Assembly: GCA_031429095.1 (NCBI GenBank)
Contig: JANOYY010000091.1
Coordinates: forward strand, 9,370 to 73,369
Length of the DNA stretch: 64,000 nt
Source: Acidimicrobiia bacterium
Lineage (GTDB): Bacteria; Actinomycetota; Acidimicrobiia; Acidimicrobiales; JANYDT01
Direction: 5' to 3'
Below are positions 43,008-52,610 of the stretch, in pieces (within the stretch, counting starts at the first letter, position 1; every line of letters starts with the position of its first letter). The position numbers were made by a program, and so were the translations under genes. The notes below the pieces were generated by a model, which searched no databases, was not told the DNA's origin, and was given only the letters and a program-made list of their open reading frames with translations.

Positions 43008-44009
43008 TTAAACCGTTTCGAAGGCAGCGCTGATCTCTGAGCGGAACAACGCATCGAGGGTTCGTGCGTTCACCAATGCATCATCGAGATGCTCGCTGGT
43101 TGGCTGTTCGTTGCGGACCAGATCAGAGAACCACTCTGCTATCAATGCGTACTGGTCGTTCGCCGGAACGACATGCCGCTCAGCATCAAGGCCGTCGAGG
43201 GAGCTCAGACCGTTGTGGGTCAGGTACGTCACCGGCTCTGTTTGGGGCTGGTTGAACGGAATCGTCATCTCTATTCGTCCCGTGGTGCCGAACAGATGCA
43301 CCCGCTGATGGGTCGTACTTTGTGTGGATACGCTGAACTGGACGCTGCGGCCTCTGCCCATATCGAGAAGCGCAGCGAACCTCCGGTCCGTCAGAAACGA
43401 TGGATCTCGATCAGCCATTGCGACGACGCGGGCCGGAACTGCCTCGAAGAACCATCGGGCAGCGACGACGGCATAGCACCCAATGTCATACAGCGCACCA
43501 CCGCCGATATCGGCGATGTTGCGGATGTTGGTGGCGTCGGTGTTCGAGTAGGCGAATGCAATATGTGCGTGCGTAAGTTCGCCGATCTCGCCCGACCGGA
43601 TGTGATTGCGAACCTCGATCCACTGGGGGTGATGGCGAACCATGAATCCCTCCACGATGTGCCGCTTGCTGGCATAGGGGCGCAGTGTTTCCAACTCGGT
43701 GGCGTTCAGGGCCATTGGCTTTTCGCAGTACACGTGCTTCCCGGCGTCGACGGCGCGTTTGGTCCATTCCACATGGAGATGGTTGGGGAGGGGGTTGTAA
43801 ATGACGTCGACGTTTGGATCGGCGAGGAGCGACTCATACGATCCGTGCGCAACCCCGATGTTCATTTGCGCAGCGAATTCCTGGGCACGTTCAAGCGTCC
43901 GCGAGCCAACGGCGACGACATCGATATTGTTGGCCCGACGCAGTCCCGGAATGAACTTGCTCGCCGCGAATGCGGATGTCGAGAGGATCCCCCAACGGAC
44001 TGGATTCAT
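43008..44009 (-). CDS. Gfo/Idh/MocA-family oxidoreductase
   Basis: Inside ORF 43008..44033, start at ATG 44009 (MNPVRWGILSTSAFA). EKP motif CEKPMA. Confidence 0.85.
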   Translation of the reverse strand: MNPVRWGILSTSAFAASKFIPGLRRANNIDVVAVGSRTLERAQEFAAQMNIGVAHGSYESLLADPNVDVIYNPLPNHLHVEWTKRAVDAGKHVYCEKPMALNATELETLRPYASKRHIVEGFMVRHHPQWIEVRNHIRSGEIGELTHAHIAFAYSNTDATNIRNIADIGGGALYDIGCYAVVAARWFFEAVPARVVAMADRDPSFLTDRRFAALLDMGRGRSVQFSVSTQSTTHQRVHLFGTTGRIEMTIPFNQPQTEPVTYLTHNGLSSLDGLDAERHVVPANDQYALIAEWFSDLVRNEQPTSEHLDDALVNARTLDALFRSEISAAFETV

Positions 44010-44187
44010 ACGTGCCTTTCGTTTTTCTCGCAACGGCCGATCACCGTTTACCCCTCCGTGAAGCCCGCAGACAGTGGTCGGAAACGCAATGACCGGGTTA
44101 GGGGTTCACAAAACCCTAATCTTGTTGGCGTCTGCAGCCAACGAGAGTTCCTCATTCTGGCTTCAATACTTCCCCAAGGAGTTCCAC

Positions 44188-45942
44188 ATGCGATTGTCTT
44201 TCGGGGGCCGCCGGCCCCGTCTTGCTGCAGTGCTGTTGTCGGTAGGTGTAGTCGGTGCAACAGCGAGTGCCGTCCCCCTCGTCGCACCGCAAGCGGCCAC
44301 CAAAGTTCCGTTCACACTGTCGCTAAGCCAGAGCACCGTTGCCGTTGCCCCCGGTACTACCGCTACCCTCACCCTGACAGCGGTTCGTTCAAGGGGATTT
44401 ACGTCTCCCATTTATCTTGGCTCGCGCTCGGTTCCCAGGGGCGTGCGGGTGAGTACGGCGTCGAACCCGCTGACTCGAACGACCACCACGGTGAAGATCA
44501 CCGTCGATGCATCGGTAGCGCCTAAAACACTGTTTGCAACACTCACCGGGTCGAGCAAAGGCAAGACCGCCACCCGGACGATCAAGATTGTCGTTTCCAA
44601 TGGAGACCCTGTCGGGCCGACCGTGCCGTCGACGACTGCGACCACGACTCCGACCGCGGTGACGCTTCCCCCCCTTCCTCCGGCGACGTCCATTCCAGCG
44701 ACCTTGGCCACCAGCACAACGGTGCCGACTCTGAACGACTACACGTTGACTGCCGAGCCTGCTGCGGTGGCGCTCCCGGCGTTTGGAACGGCCACCGCGA
44801 CGATCAAGATCACTCGAACGGGAACGTTCAACGACATTTTGGACTTCGCTGTCGATGGTCTCCCCGCGAACGTGACACCAAGCTTTAGCGCTGCGACGCC
44901 GACAAGTCCGTCGGTCACATTGACCTTGAACAGCAATGGTGCACCGGCGGGCGTGTCGGAGCTTACGGTGCGCGCACGCGCTCGCACCGCCAAACTCACG
45001 TTGACCGTTGTCGGAGGATCGGCACTCAGCGCAAATCCAACGGCGGCCACTGTTGCGCTCGGTGCGTCTTCGAACGTAAGTATGCGTTGGGGTCGTACGT
45101 TGCCCACCGGCTCAAACGTGAGCTGGACTGCAGTCAACCTGCCGGCGGGAGTTACCGCCACGTTCGTACCGAACAACACGACGTCGGTCGAAAGTATCAT
45201 GACGCTATCGGCATCGGCGACTGCGGTCGTTGGGTTGGCCAACATCACTGTTACGTCGACGTCGGGGGCGCTCACCGATAGCCTATCCGTGCCCGTCACC
45301 GTCGGGTCGACGCCACCACCGACGGGTACCGGCACGGTGAGTCCTAGCGCAGCTGCGGTGAATCCCAACGCATCGACGACCGTGTTGTTCACCCCAGCTG
45401 GAATCAACGTCAACCAGCCGCTCGTCTTGTCCCAGACGGGCCTGCCCGCCAACGTGTCGATCTCGGCAACCGTTTCCGGAACAGGCTTGAACCTCACGCT
45501 GCAAACGACTCCGTCGACGGTGCTCGGCACGTACACGATCACGTTTACGGCAACGCAGGGAACGGTCGTCTCCAGCGCCGCCTTGACGCTTAATGTCATC
45601 GCCGTTGGGGCAACCACAACCACCACCACGACAACTCCTTCGGTAGCGGCAGGGTTTACGCTCACGCCGTTGCCGGCATCGTTGACTGTTGCTCGTGGTG
45701 GATCGGGCAACGTCGGAATTACCCCGGTGTTCACGGGAGCGATTGCCCCGGTGACCTTCGGTGTGACCGGTGCTCCTGCCGGTGTGGGGATTTCCTTGAC
45801 TCCGAACCCCAGCGCCGGGTCGGCAGCGATGACGCTTTCCGTGCCGGCCGCAACTGCCGCCGGCGCCTACACCCTGGTCGTGACAGGCACCATCGCAGGT
45901 CGGGGAAGCGTCAGCCTCAATATCGCGCTGACGGTGTCCTGA
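44188..45942 (+). CDS. Secreted protein made of five divergent Ig-like repeats joined by Thr/Pro-rich linkers
   Basis: Inside ORF 44074..45942. ATG 44188 is preceded by AAGGAG. Signal peptide MRLSFGGRRPRLAAVLLSVGVVGATASAVPLVAPQA. Five units of about 90-100 aa share ...G(L/A)PA(G/N)V...(L/M)TL...G.Y...V.... There is a run of 8 Thr. No LPXTG, lipobox or C-terminal TM. Confidence 0.75.
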   Translation: MRLSFGGRRPRLAAVLLSVGVVGATASAVPLVAPQAATKVPFTLSLSQSTVAVAPGTTATLTLTAVRSRGFTSPIYLGSRSVPRGVRVSTASNPLTRTTTTVKITVDASVAPKTLFATLTGSSKGKTATRTIKIVVSNGDPVGPTVPSTTATTTPTAVTLPPLPPATSIPATLATSTTVPTLNDYTLTAEPAAVALPAFGTATATIKITRTGTFNDILDFAVDGLPANVTPSFSAATPTSPSVTLTLNSNGAPAGVSELTVRARARTAKLTLTVVGGSALSANPTAATVALGASSNVSMRWGRTLPTGSNVSWTAVNLPAGVTATFVPNNTTSVESIMTLSASATAVVGLANITVTSTSGALTDSLSVPVTVGSTPPPTGTGTVSPSAAAVNPNASTTVLFTPAGINVNQPLVLSQTGLPANVSISATVSGTGLNLTLQTTPSTVLGTYTITFTATQGTVVSSAALTLNVIAVGATTTTTTTTPSVAAGFTLTPLPASLTVARGGSGNVGITPVFTGAIAPVTFGVTGAPAGVGISLTPNPSAGSAAMTLSVPAATAAGAYTLVVTGTIAGRGSVSLNIALTVS

Positions 45943-46098
45943 CCGCCGGATCCTTCGTTCGGCACTCTCGGCGCCGCGTTGTCCCTCAGGCCTCAATGCT
46001 TCTGCGTCGGGGCCTGAATGCGTTCGAACTTCTTGTCGACCCCGAAACGATAGGATTCGAGGCCAAGAAGGCTCGCGGTACAGGGGAACGCTGTCGTC

Positions 46099-46722
46099 AT
46101 GTCAAAAGGGCAAGGATCGCGAGAACACTGGACATCGGTGTGGACCTCGAAGGAGTTCAACGAGGTCTCATGGTTTGAGCAGGACACAACGGTCATGGTG
46201 GAGCGCATCGTTCAATTGGTTCCGGACCGCAGTGCGCCTATCGCAGATGTGGGTTCGGGTGCCTCGGTCCTTATCGACGAACTACTTTCACGCGGCTATA
46301 GCTCACTCTTTGCCGTCGACCTGAGCGGCGAAGCACTCGAGCGAACGAAATCCCGGCTCACCGATCCCCAACACTCGGTAACGTTCAAAGTCGTAAGTGC
46401 GCTTGATATCCGATTTGATCTGCCACTTGCGCTCTGGCATGACCGCGCCCTGTTCCATTTCTTTACGGAGCCAGCGGACATTGCCGAATACCGGCTCCGT
46501 GTCCGTGAGAGCTTGTCGGCGAACGGGTACGTGGTTATCTCGACGTTTGCCGAAGATGGTCCAGAGCAGTGCAGCGGGCTTCCGGTCGCGCGTTACTCGT
46601 CCGAGGAGCTTGCGCACGTGTTCGCAGACGACTTCAGCGTTGTGGATTCATGGCGGTCGATTCACCGCACCCCATGGGATAGCGAGCAGCGCTTTGTAAC
46701 GGTAATCTTGCGGCGAACCTGA
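46099..46722 (+). CDS. Class I SAM-dependent methyltransferase
   Basis: 207 aa. Motif I IADVGSGASVL and an acidic loop FAVDLS. Confidence 0.75.
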   Translation: MSKGQGSREHWTSVWTSKEFNEVSWFEQDTTVMVERIVQLVPDRSAPIADVGSGASVLIDELLSRGYSSLFAVDLSGEALERTKSRLTDPQHSVTFKVVSALDIRFDLPLALWHDRALFHFFTEPADIAEYRLRVRESLSANGYVVISTFAEDGPEQCSGLPVARYSSEELAHVFADDFSVVDSWRSIHRTPWDSEQRFVTVILRRT

Positions 46723-46743
46723 CCAGTTCCTGGAGTCGAGTTG

Positions 46744-48096
46744 TTACCAGCGGTCGGCCAGGGCCAACCAGGCCTCGGTGGTGAGGCCGAGCGATTCGAC
46801 GTCGATTCGCTCGTTGTTGCCGTGAAAACGCGAAGCGAACTCTCCGGCGCTGAGGGATCGGCTGAACAAGCCAAACCCGTACGCGACGGTACCGGTGCGG
46901 CGGAAGAACGTTGCGTCGGTGCCTCCGGCGGTAATTCGGGGGACCAGGCTTGCGTCCGGGCGGAATTGGCGGGCAACTGCCTCCAGTGCCGTGTAGAGCG
47001 GCGTGTCGGTTGGTGAGATGGTGGCGTCACCTTCATTGATCATCTCGGTTGTCACACGGGCCGAGAGTTCGGGGCCGAGTGCCTCCAGCAACATCGCGTC
47101 GACCGCCGCTCGGTCGTGCCCAGGAAGGGTGCGGATGTCGACTTCTATGGCCACTTCATCGGGAATGATGTTCGTCTTTTGACCGCCGTGAATCACATTT
47201 GGCGAAAAGGTCGTATGTGTACATGCGTGTGCGAATTTTGCAGTTCCGTGATCGAGAAGGTGTCGCAATCCTTCGTAGACCAGTGTGGGGTCGTGGAGCA
47301 TCGCTACAACATGGTCATCCACATCGAGCGCCGACGCATACTTCTTCCAAACGTCGTTAATGACTGCCTCGGGCCGGTAGTCAACGAGGCGGCGTACGAC
47401 TTCAGCCGCCACAGCCACGGCGTTGTCGGCCCCATACGGCATCGATCCGTGGGCAGGCGTTCCCTTGACGATCAGCCGACGCCACGAGGTGCCCTTTTCG
47501 CCCACCGTTATCGTGATTCGCTCGCCACGCGGCGAAGGAAGCGTGACTCCGCCCGATTCGGTGATCAGGTAGTCGCAGCGACTCAGTTCTGACTCGTGGT
47601 CGACGAGATAGCGAGCGCCGTAGTGTCCCCCGGCCTCTTCGTCGGCGACAGCGATGTAGCGGATAGTGCCTTTCGGCCGCTTTCCGCTTCGGACCAACGT
47701 CTTCATCGCGACGGCCATGGAGCACGTCAGGTTGAGCATGTCGAGCGCGCCGCGACCCCAAACCTCGCCGTCGATCAACTCGCCGCCGAAGGGATCGTGG
47801 TGCCAGCCCGCTGGATTGACGGGGACCACATCGGTGTGACCGAGCAGGCACAGTGTTGGGGCTGTTGGATCGGTACCCGTAATCTCGGTGATCAATGACC
47901 GTCGTCCGGGGGCCGGCTCAACTTGTTGAAAGTCAAGGCCGCTCCCGTCAAGGTACGACTCGATCAGGTCGCTACTGCGAACCTCGCTGCCCGAGTCGGT
48001 GGCTCCTGTGTTGACGCATTGGTTGCGAATGGCCGCCTGCAGCAACTCAACGGTTTCATTCTGACGGGCGACGACTTCGGTGACTGCAGTGGCCAT
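46744..48096 (-). CDS. M20-family peptidase (dipeptidase-like)
   Basis: Inside ORF 46744..48153, start at ATG 48096. Motifs LGHTDVVPV, WGRGALDM and VADEEAGGHYG. Confidence 0.8.
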   Translation of the reverse strand: MATAVTEVVARQNETVELLQAAIRNQCVNTGATDSGSEVRSSDLIESYLDGSGLDFQQVEPAPGRRSLITEITGTDPTAPTLCLLGHTDVVPVNPAGWHHDPFGGELIDGEVWGRGALDMLNLTCSMAVAMKTLVRSGKRPKGTIRYIAVADEEAGGHYGARYLVDHESELSRCDYLITESGGVTLPSPRGERITITVGEKGTSWRRLIVKGTPAHGSMPYGADNAVAVAAEVVRRLVDYRPEAVINDVWKKYASALDVDDHVVAMLHDPTLVYEGLRHLLDHGTAKFAHACTHTTFSPNVIHGGQKTNIIPDEVAIEVDIRTLPGHDRAAVDAMLLEALGPELSARVTTEMINEGDATISPTDTPLYTALEAVARQFRPDASLVPRITAGGTDATFFRRTGTVAYGFGLFSRSLSAGEFASRFHGNNERIDVESLGLTTEAWLALADRW

Positions 48097-48169
48097 TCGG
48101 CAACGATACCCCTCACTATGTTCGGAGCGGATCGCCCTCTCAGACGGCGACACCGCCTAGCTTCGACGG

Positions 48170-49339
48170 GTGCCATTCGAACGTCACGATCAGACTCGCA
48201 TTCCGCTTCTCACCCTTACGATCACCAAGCTCTTGACGAATGCGGCTCTTCGGTTGGCCTATCCCTTTTTGGGGGACATCTCGCGAGGGCTTCACCTCTC
48301 GAAAACGGAGGGTGGTCGCCTTCTCGGGCTTGCCGAGTTGGCAGGGCTCGGATCCATTGGAGTCGGACGTCAACTCGATAGGGGCCGTCATCGGCGATGG
48401 TTCACGGCCGGAGTGTTGTTCGGCGCAACCGGTGCGCTGTTGTTCGCGTTCGTCCGTACGCCGTGGTCGCTCGGTGTGGGTTTCGGATTCGTGAGTCTCG
48501 GGGTGGGAATCACTGCCTCGGCCGGTCACTCGTTTCTGGGTGATCAGGTGCCATTTGCCCGACGAGCACGTGCGATTGGCCTGTACGAGTCGTCGTGGGC
48601 GGTCGCGCTCTTGATTGGCGGTCCGCTGTTTGCGTTTGCAATCCGAACATGGTCATGGTGGACGCCCTTTGCCTGTGTCGGAGTTCTCCTTTTGCTTGGC
48701 GCGTCGGTTGTCTATCGACGCCTTCCGCACACGACAGTCCGTGGGGACCATCACGAGATCCTCGGCGAGGTTCCCGACACCCGGGTGGTCACGCTCACCA
48801 TTGTTTCCTCGGTTTGTCTGACGCTGGCATCGGTCATGACGTTTGCGACGTTCGGACCGTGGCTCGAGGCGCGGCACTCGATGCGAACCGGCGGGCTCGG
48901 GTTTGTGGCAATGGCGCTGGGTTGTACCGAGCTCCTCGGCACCAGTCTTGTTTCGGGTTTCGGGGATCGAATAGGTGCGCGGAGGGCTGTCGTGCTCGGA
49001 GTGTGCGTGATGACCGTTGGAAGCGGCGTGCTCGTGCTGGTCGGAAACACGGGAAGACTCGCTGCCATCGCCGGCGTCATTGTGTTTTTCGGCGGATTCG
49101 AGTTCGGCTTCGTGGCGCTTCTGTCTGTGGTGAGCGAAGTCGGTCGCTCCAGCCGGGGAACGGTCGTCGCCATCGACCACGCGCTGGTCGTGCTGGCCCG
49201 CGCCGTCGGAGCAGTCATTGGTCCATTGGCGGTCGGGGAATCCTCGGGCCGATTTGGCAGCGTGCAGGTGGCGATCAGCGGCCTGGCCGTCTTGAGCGGC
49301 ATCGCAATCAGCCTGGCCGGTCGTTTTGAGATGCACTGA
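48170..49339 (+). CDS. MFS transporter
   Basis: 389 aa, GTG start, about 12 hydrophobic segments. Divergent from the M20 gene. Confidence 0.75.
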   Translation: MPFERHDQTRIPLLTLTITKLLTNAALRLAYPFLGDISRGLHLSKTEGGRLLGLAELAGLGSIGVGRQLDRGRHRRWFTAGVLFGATGALLFAFVRTPWSLGVGFGFVSLGVGITASAGHSFLGDQVPFARRARAIGLYESSWAVALLIGGPLFAFAIRTWSWWTPFACVGVLLLLGASVVYRRLPHTTVRGDHHEILGEVPDTRVVTLTIVSSVCLTLASVMTFATFGPWLEARHSMRTGGLGFVAMALGCTELLGTSLVSGFGDRIGARRAVVLGVCVMTVGSGVLVLVGNTGRLAAIAGVIVFFGGFEFGFVALLSVVSEVGRSSRGTVVAIDHALVVLARAVGAVIGPLAVGESSGRFGSVQVAISGLAVLSGIAISLAGRFEMH

Positions 49340-49434
49340 AGACGCGCACTTGCAAGGATCCGGTCTCAGCCAAGTCGTGGTTTCTCAGCGAAGGAGGGTG
49401 TTTTCCCTGAGGTGATCTCCGTACGCTCCGGCGT

Positions 49435-49752
49435 ATGAAAAGGACTCCGAATCTTCCTCGCCTCCGCCGTCTTGCAATCGCGTCGTCGGTGATCGCCTCT
49501 CTTGCCGTACCACTTACTGCTGGGGCAGCGACCGTCAAGTCAGGAGCGTCATGTGCAAGGGCAGGGCGGACAGCGAAAGTCGGTTCGCGTAGTTACCGAT
49601 GCGTGAGGGCAGGGGCCAAGTTGAAGTGGGCCTTGGTCGGCGTCAAGAAAGCGGCACCCGACACCAAGGCACCCGACACGAAGGCCCCGGACACCAAGGC
49701 CCCGGATACGAAGGCACCCACCACGAAGGCGCCCGACACCAAAGCACCGTAG
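49435..49752 (+). CDS. Small secreted basic protein: signal peptide, two-Cys mini-domain, (A-P-D-T-K)x6 tail
   Basis: 105 aa. Signal MKRTPNLPRLRRLAIASSVIASLAVPLTAGA. Then GASCARAGRTAKVGSRSYRCVRAGAKLKW, then APDTK repeats running to the stop codon. Confidence 0.6.
   Translation: MKRTPNLPRLRRLAIASSVIASLAVPLTAGAATVKSGASCARAGRTAKVGSRSYRCVRAGAKLKWALVGVKKAAPDTKAPDTKAPDTKAPDTKAPTTKAPDTKAP
49654..49749 (+). repeat. 15-bp tandem array, 6 units plus a partial one (coding APDTK repeats)
   Basis: Units start at 49654, 49669, 49684, 49699, 49714 and 49729. They differ mostly at third codon positions. Confidence 0.9.
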
Positions 49753-49762
49753 GCCAGTCGTC

Positions 49763-49790
49763 CTTGTCTGTGCGGGCTTGTCTGTGCGGG
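49763..49790. repeat. Perfect 14-bp tandem duplication (CTTGTCTGTGCGGG x2) between convergent genes
   Basis: 49763-49776 equals 49777-49790 exactly. It lies 11 nt after the small-protein stop. Confidence 0.95.
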
Positions 49791-49814
49791 TCGCAGGCTG
49801 AGACAACATGGGCG

Positions 49815-50852
49815 TTACAGCCGAGGGTCAACAAGCACCTTGATTTCGGAACTCTTCCCGGTCCCTAGGTCGGCGAGCACGGATTCGAATTCGGCGAGCG
49901 AAGCGGTCTTTGTGTGGAGCGAATCAATTCGGACTCGACCCTCGGCGAGCATGTCCATTGCATCGACGAAATCATGCCGTTCGTAGGCGATAGAGGTCGA
50001 CACGGAGATCTCTTTGCCGATCCAGCCTGCTGGCACGATCGTGGCTTCGCCGTCGGCAACGCCAACGAGGCAAAGCTCGCCCCCTCGGCGAACAAGATCC
50101 GCGGCCCACTGAACGGCTGGGCCGCTGCCGACGCACTCGTACACGAGGTCTGCTCCGTGCAGACCATCGGCGAGCTCATTAATACGTGTACGTGCTTCTT
50201 CGCCAGGGCTTACCACGCTGTCGGCTCCCAAAGATCGAGCCAATTCGGCTCGATGGGGAGAAGGTTCGATCACCACGACGTGCCCGGCGCCGAGCGTTTT
50301 TGCCCACTGGAACGTGGTGAGTCCGATCGGGCCGGCACCCTGTACGACAACGAGTTGTCCCTCGCGAAGCCCACTTCGCCGCACCGCATGGAGGGTAACG
50401 GTGGACGGTTCGACCTGTCCGAGTTGCAGGTCTGTCAGGCCGGGGTGTGCCTTGATCACTCGATCTTCGCCAACAGCGATTGCGCTCGCAAACCCGCCGT
50501 GGGCCGGGGCGAGTGGATCGCTACCGACGGCAGAAAGGAACGCGGTCATGCAGTGGCTGGGATCGCCGGTTGCGCATGGTCGACAAATTCCGCACGGCGG
50601 AGCGACGCTCACCACGACGCGGTCTCCTTCAGTGAGCGACGACACGCCCACGCCCACTGCACTCACCGTGCCCGTCCACTCATGGCCACAGATCGAAGGC
50701 CGGTATGGCCGACCGGATTGATACGCGTGAATATCAGTTCCGCAAATACCGCAATACGCGATTGACACCACGACGGCCCCCGGCTGTGGAGTTGGGTCGG
50801 GGAACTCCTTGAGCGTGACCTGTCCCTGGCCAGTGATCAGTGCAGCAAGCAT
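49815..50852 (-). CDS. Zinc-dependent medium-chain alcohol dehydrogenase
   Basis: 345 aa. Motifs GICGTDIHAY, GHEWTGTV and VQGAGPIGL. Confidence 0.9.
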   Translation of the reverse strand: MLAALITGQGQVTLKEFPDPTPQPGAVVVSIAYCGICGTDIHAYQSGRPYRPSICGHEWTGTVSAVGVGVSSLTEGDRVVVSVAPPCGICRPCATGDPSHCMTAFLSAVGSDPLAPAHGGFASAIAVGEDRVIKAHPGLTDLQLGQVEPSTVTLHAVRRSGLREGQLVVVQGAGPIGLTTFQWAKTLGAGHVVVIEPSPHRAELARSLGADSVVSPGEEARTRINELADGLHGADLVYECVGSGPAVQWAADLVRRGGELCLVGVADGEATIVPAGWIGKEISVSTSIAYERHDFVDAMDMLAEGRVRIDSLHTKTASLAEFESVLADLGTGKSSEIKVLVDPRL

Positions 50853-50860
50853 TGGTCTCC

Positions 50861-52591
50861 TTAGTTCGCTGTTTCGGGATAGATGGCGACGAACAACTCA
50901 CGGGCCCGCTTGTAGTCGGCCTTTCCGTTGGGGGCGCGAGGTACCTCGGGTACCCACACAAGTTGTCGAGGTGCCTTGTAAGGGCTGAGGACCGTTTTCG
51001 TATGTGCAATTACTAGATCCGGTTCAAGATCGCCGTCGAGATCCACAAACGACGCCACCCCAACGACTCGCTGCCCAAATCGTTCGTCGTGAACACCGAA
51101 CACGAGGCAGTCGGCAATACGTGGATGGCTCTTCACCGCCTCTTCGACTTCTTCGGGAAAGACCTTTTCCCCGCCGGTGTTGATGCAGTTCGACCCTCGA
51201 CCAAGCAACGTGATTGATCCGTCCAACTCCACCAATGCCATATCTCCAGGAAAGGAGTACCGCACGCCGTTGACCTCGCGGAAGGTTTTCGCTGACTTCT
51301 CCGGGTCCTTGTAGTACCCGAGCGACAAAACGCCAAGCGCCTTGGCCGAAGTCGCCACCCGCCCGATTATTCCCGAACCGGCGGCTACTTCGTTGTCGTC
51401 TTCATCGAATACCCTGACCGAGTCGCTCAACGTGAACTTCGCGGTCGCCATCGATCCGTCTTTGGTGGAAACGTTTGTTCCCATAGCTCCTTCAGTGGAG
51501 CCGAGCGTGTCGATGATGCTCATCTGCGGCATGTACTCGAACAATCCGGTTTTGATTTCCTGGCTGAACATTGCTCCCGAGGAAATGATCGCCAGCATCG
51601 AGGAAAGATCCCAGCGGTGTCCTGTCGCATCATGATCGCGCAGTGTCTTCAGCATCGGACGAGCGAACGCGTCGCCGACGATCACGATGCTGTTGACGCC
51701 GTGCTTTTCCACCGTTGAGAACAGCTCATCGCAGTCGAGCCCGCGACTGTTCATCAGCACAACGCACCCGCCGGTGAGGTGGGTTGCGAACGCGCCGAGC
51801 CAAACACCGGTTCCATGCATCAGCGGGCAGCACGGCATTGACTTCAACTGGATCCCCGCTGCCTTCATGCCCCGAATCGTGTTCACCACGTCGTCGATAT
51901 CGGCAAACGGAGGGCGTCGCATGTTCGTTGTCATCAACGTCGTGAGCGCATGCGCAAAACCACCCGACGGGTACATCACACCTTTCGGCATCCCCGTCGT
52001 GCCGCCGGTGTAAAGCATGTACACGTCGTCATCGTCGCGTTGGATTCGAGGAGCCGGCTGATTTGTCGCGAGAACTTCGTCGTAGCGCAGTGAGCCCGCA
52101 ATCGGCTCGACGTCTGGCAGGTCCGCGTCGTCGACCTGAATGAGCAGTTTCAGTTTGGGAAGCTTTTCCCGTATTTTTTCGAGGCGCGGCCCCAACGATG
52201 CGTGGAACACGATCGCTTCACAATCTGCATTGTCGAGCAAGTATGCCAACTCGTCTTCGAGGTATCGATAATTGACGTTCACCGGGCATCCGCGAATCTT
52301 GAATGCGGCCGCTTGGGTCTCCAGGTACTCCGGGGAGTTGTAGAGGAACATGGCGACTTTGGAGCCTGTCGTGAGCCCGTGGGAGAGGTAGCACGCCGCT
52401 AACCGGGCGCAACGATCGTCGAACTGACCCCACGAAATCAATCGCTCGCCTTGGATTATGGCGGGAAGGTCCGCCACGGCGTCGGCAACGGCTTCGTAAA
52501 CGGTAGCGAAATGAAACACGGGTTCTCCAATGTCCTGTACGGAAGCGGGACCTATCTCTGTCGACGACCAGTATCCGACAACTGGCTCCAC
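50861..52591 (-). CDS. AMP-dependent acyl-CoA synthetase (FadD-like), paralog of 11317..12951
   Basis: 576 aa, GTG start. AMP motif YTGGTTGMPKGV. Shares NSPEYLET...NYRY...LLDNAD with the other copy. The start could lie further downstream. Confidence 0.85.
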   Translation of the reverse strand: MEPVVGYWSSTEIGPASVQDIGEPVFHFATVYEAVADAVADLPAIIQGERLISWGQFDDRCARLAACYLSHGLTTGSKVAMFLYNSPEYLETQAAAFKIRGCPVNVNYRYLEDELAYLLDNADCEAIVFHASLGPRLEKIREKLPKLKLLIQVDDADLPDVEPIAGSLRYDEVLATNQPAPRIQRDDDDVYMLYTGGTTGMPKGVMYPSGGFAHALTTLMTTNMRRPPFADIDDVVNTIRGMKAAGIQLKSMPCCPLMHGTGVWLGAFATHLTGGCVVLMNSRGLDCDELFSTVEKHGVNSIVIVGDAFARPMLKTLRDHDATGHRWDLSSMLAIISSGAMFSQEIKTGLFEYMPQMSIIDTLGSTEGAMGTNVSTKDGSMATAKFTLSDSVRVFDEDDNEVAAGSGIIGRVATSAKALGVLSLGYYKDPEKSAKTFREVNGVRYSFPGDMALVELDGSITLLGRGSNCINTGGEKVFPEEVEEAVKSHPRIADCLVFGVHDERFGQRVVGVASFVDLDGDLEPDLVIAHTKTVLSPYKAPRQLVWVPEVPRAPNGKADYKRARELFVAIYPETAN

Positions 52592-52610
52592 GGTAGCCGT
52601 ATGGACAGAA

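Noticed and set aside
43089-44525. 478-aa ORF on the plus strand
   Set aside because: It is antisense to the Gfo/Idh/MocA gene (43008..44009), and its 3' part is out of frame with the repeat-protein gene. No motifs.
44739-45734. 331-aa ORF on the minus strand
   Set aside because: It is antisense to the Ala/Thr/Val-rich repeat protein. Such codon composition keeps the opposite strand open by chance. The plus-strand gene has a signal peptide and a good SD.
49654-49749. CRISPR-like or other non-coding array interpretation of the 15-bp repeat tracts (also 36925-37040)
   Set aside because: The units are contiguous with no spacers. They lie in frame inside ORFs with signal peptides and vary mainly at wobble positions. 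They are coding pentapeptide repeats.
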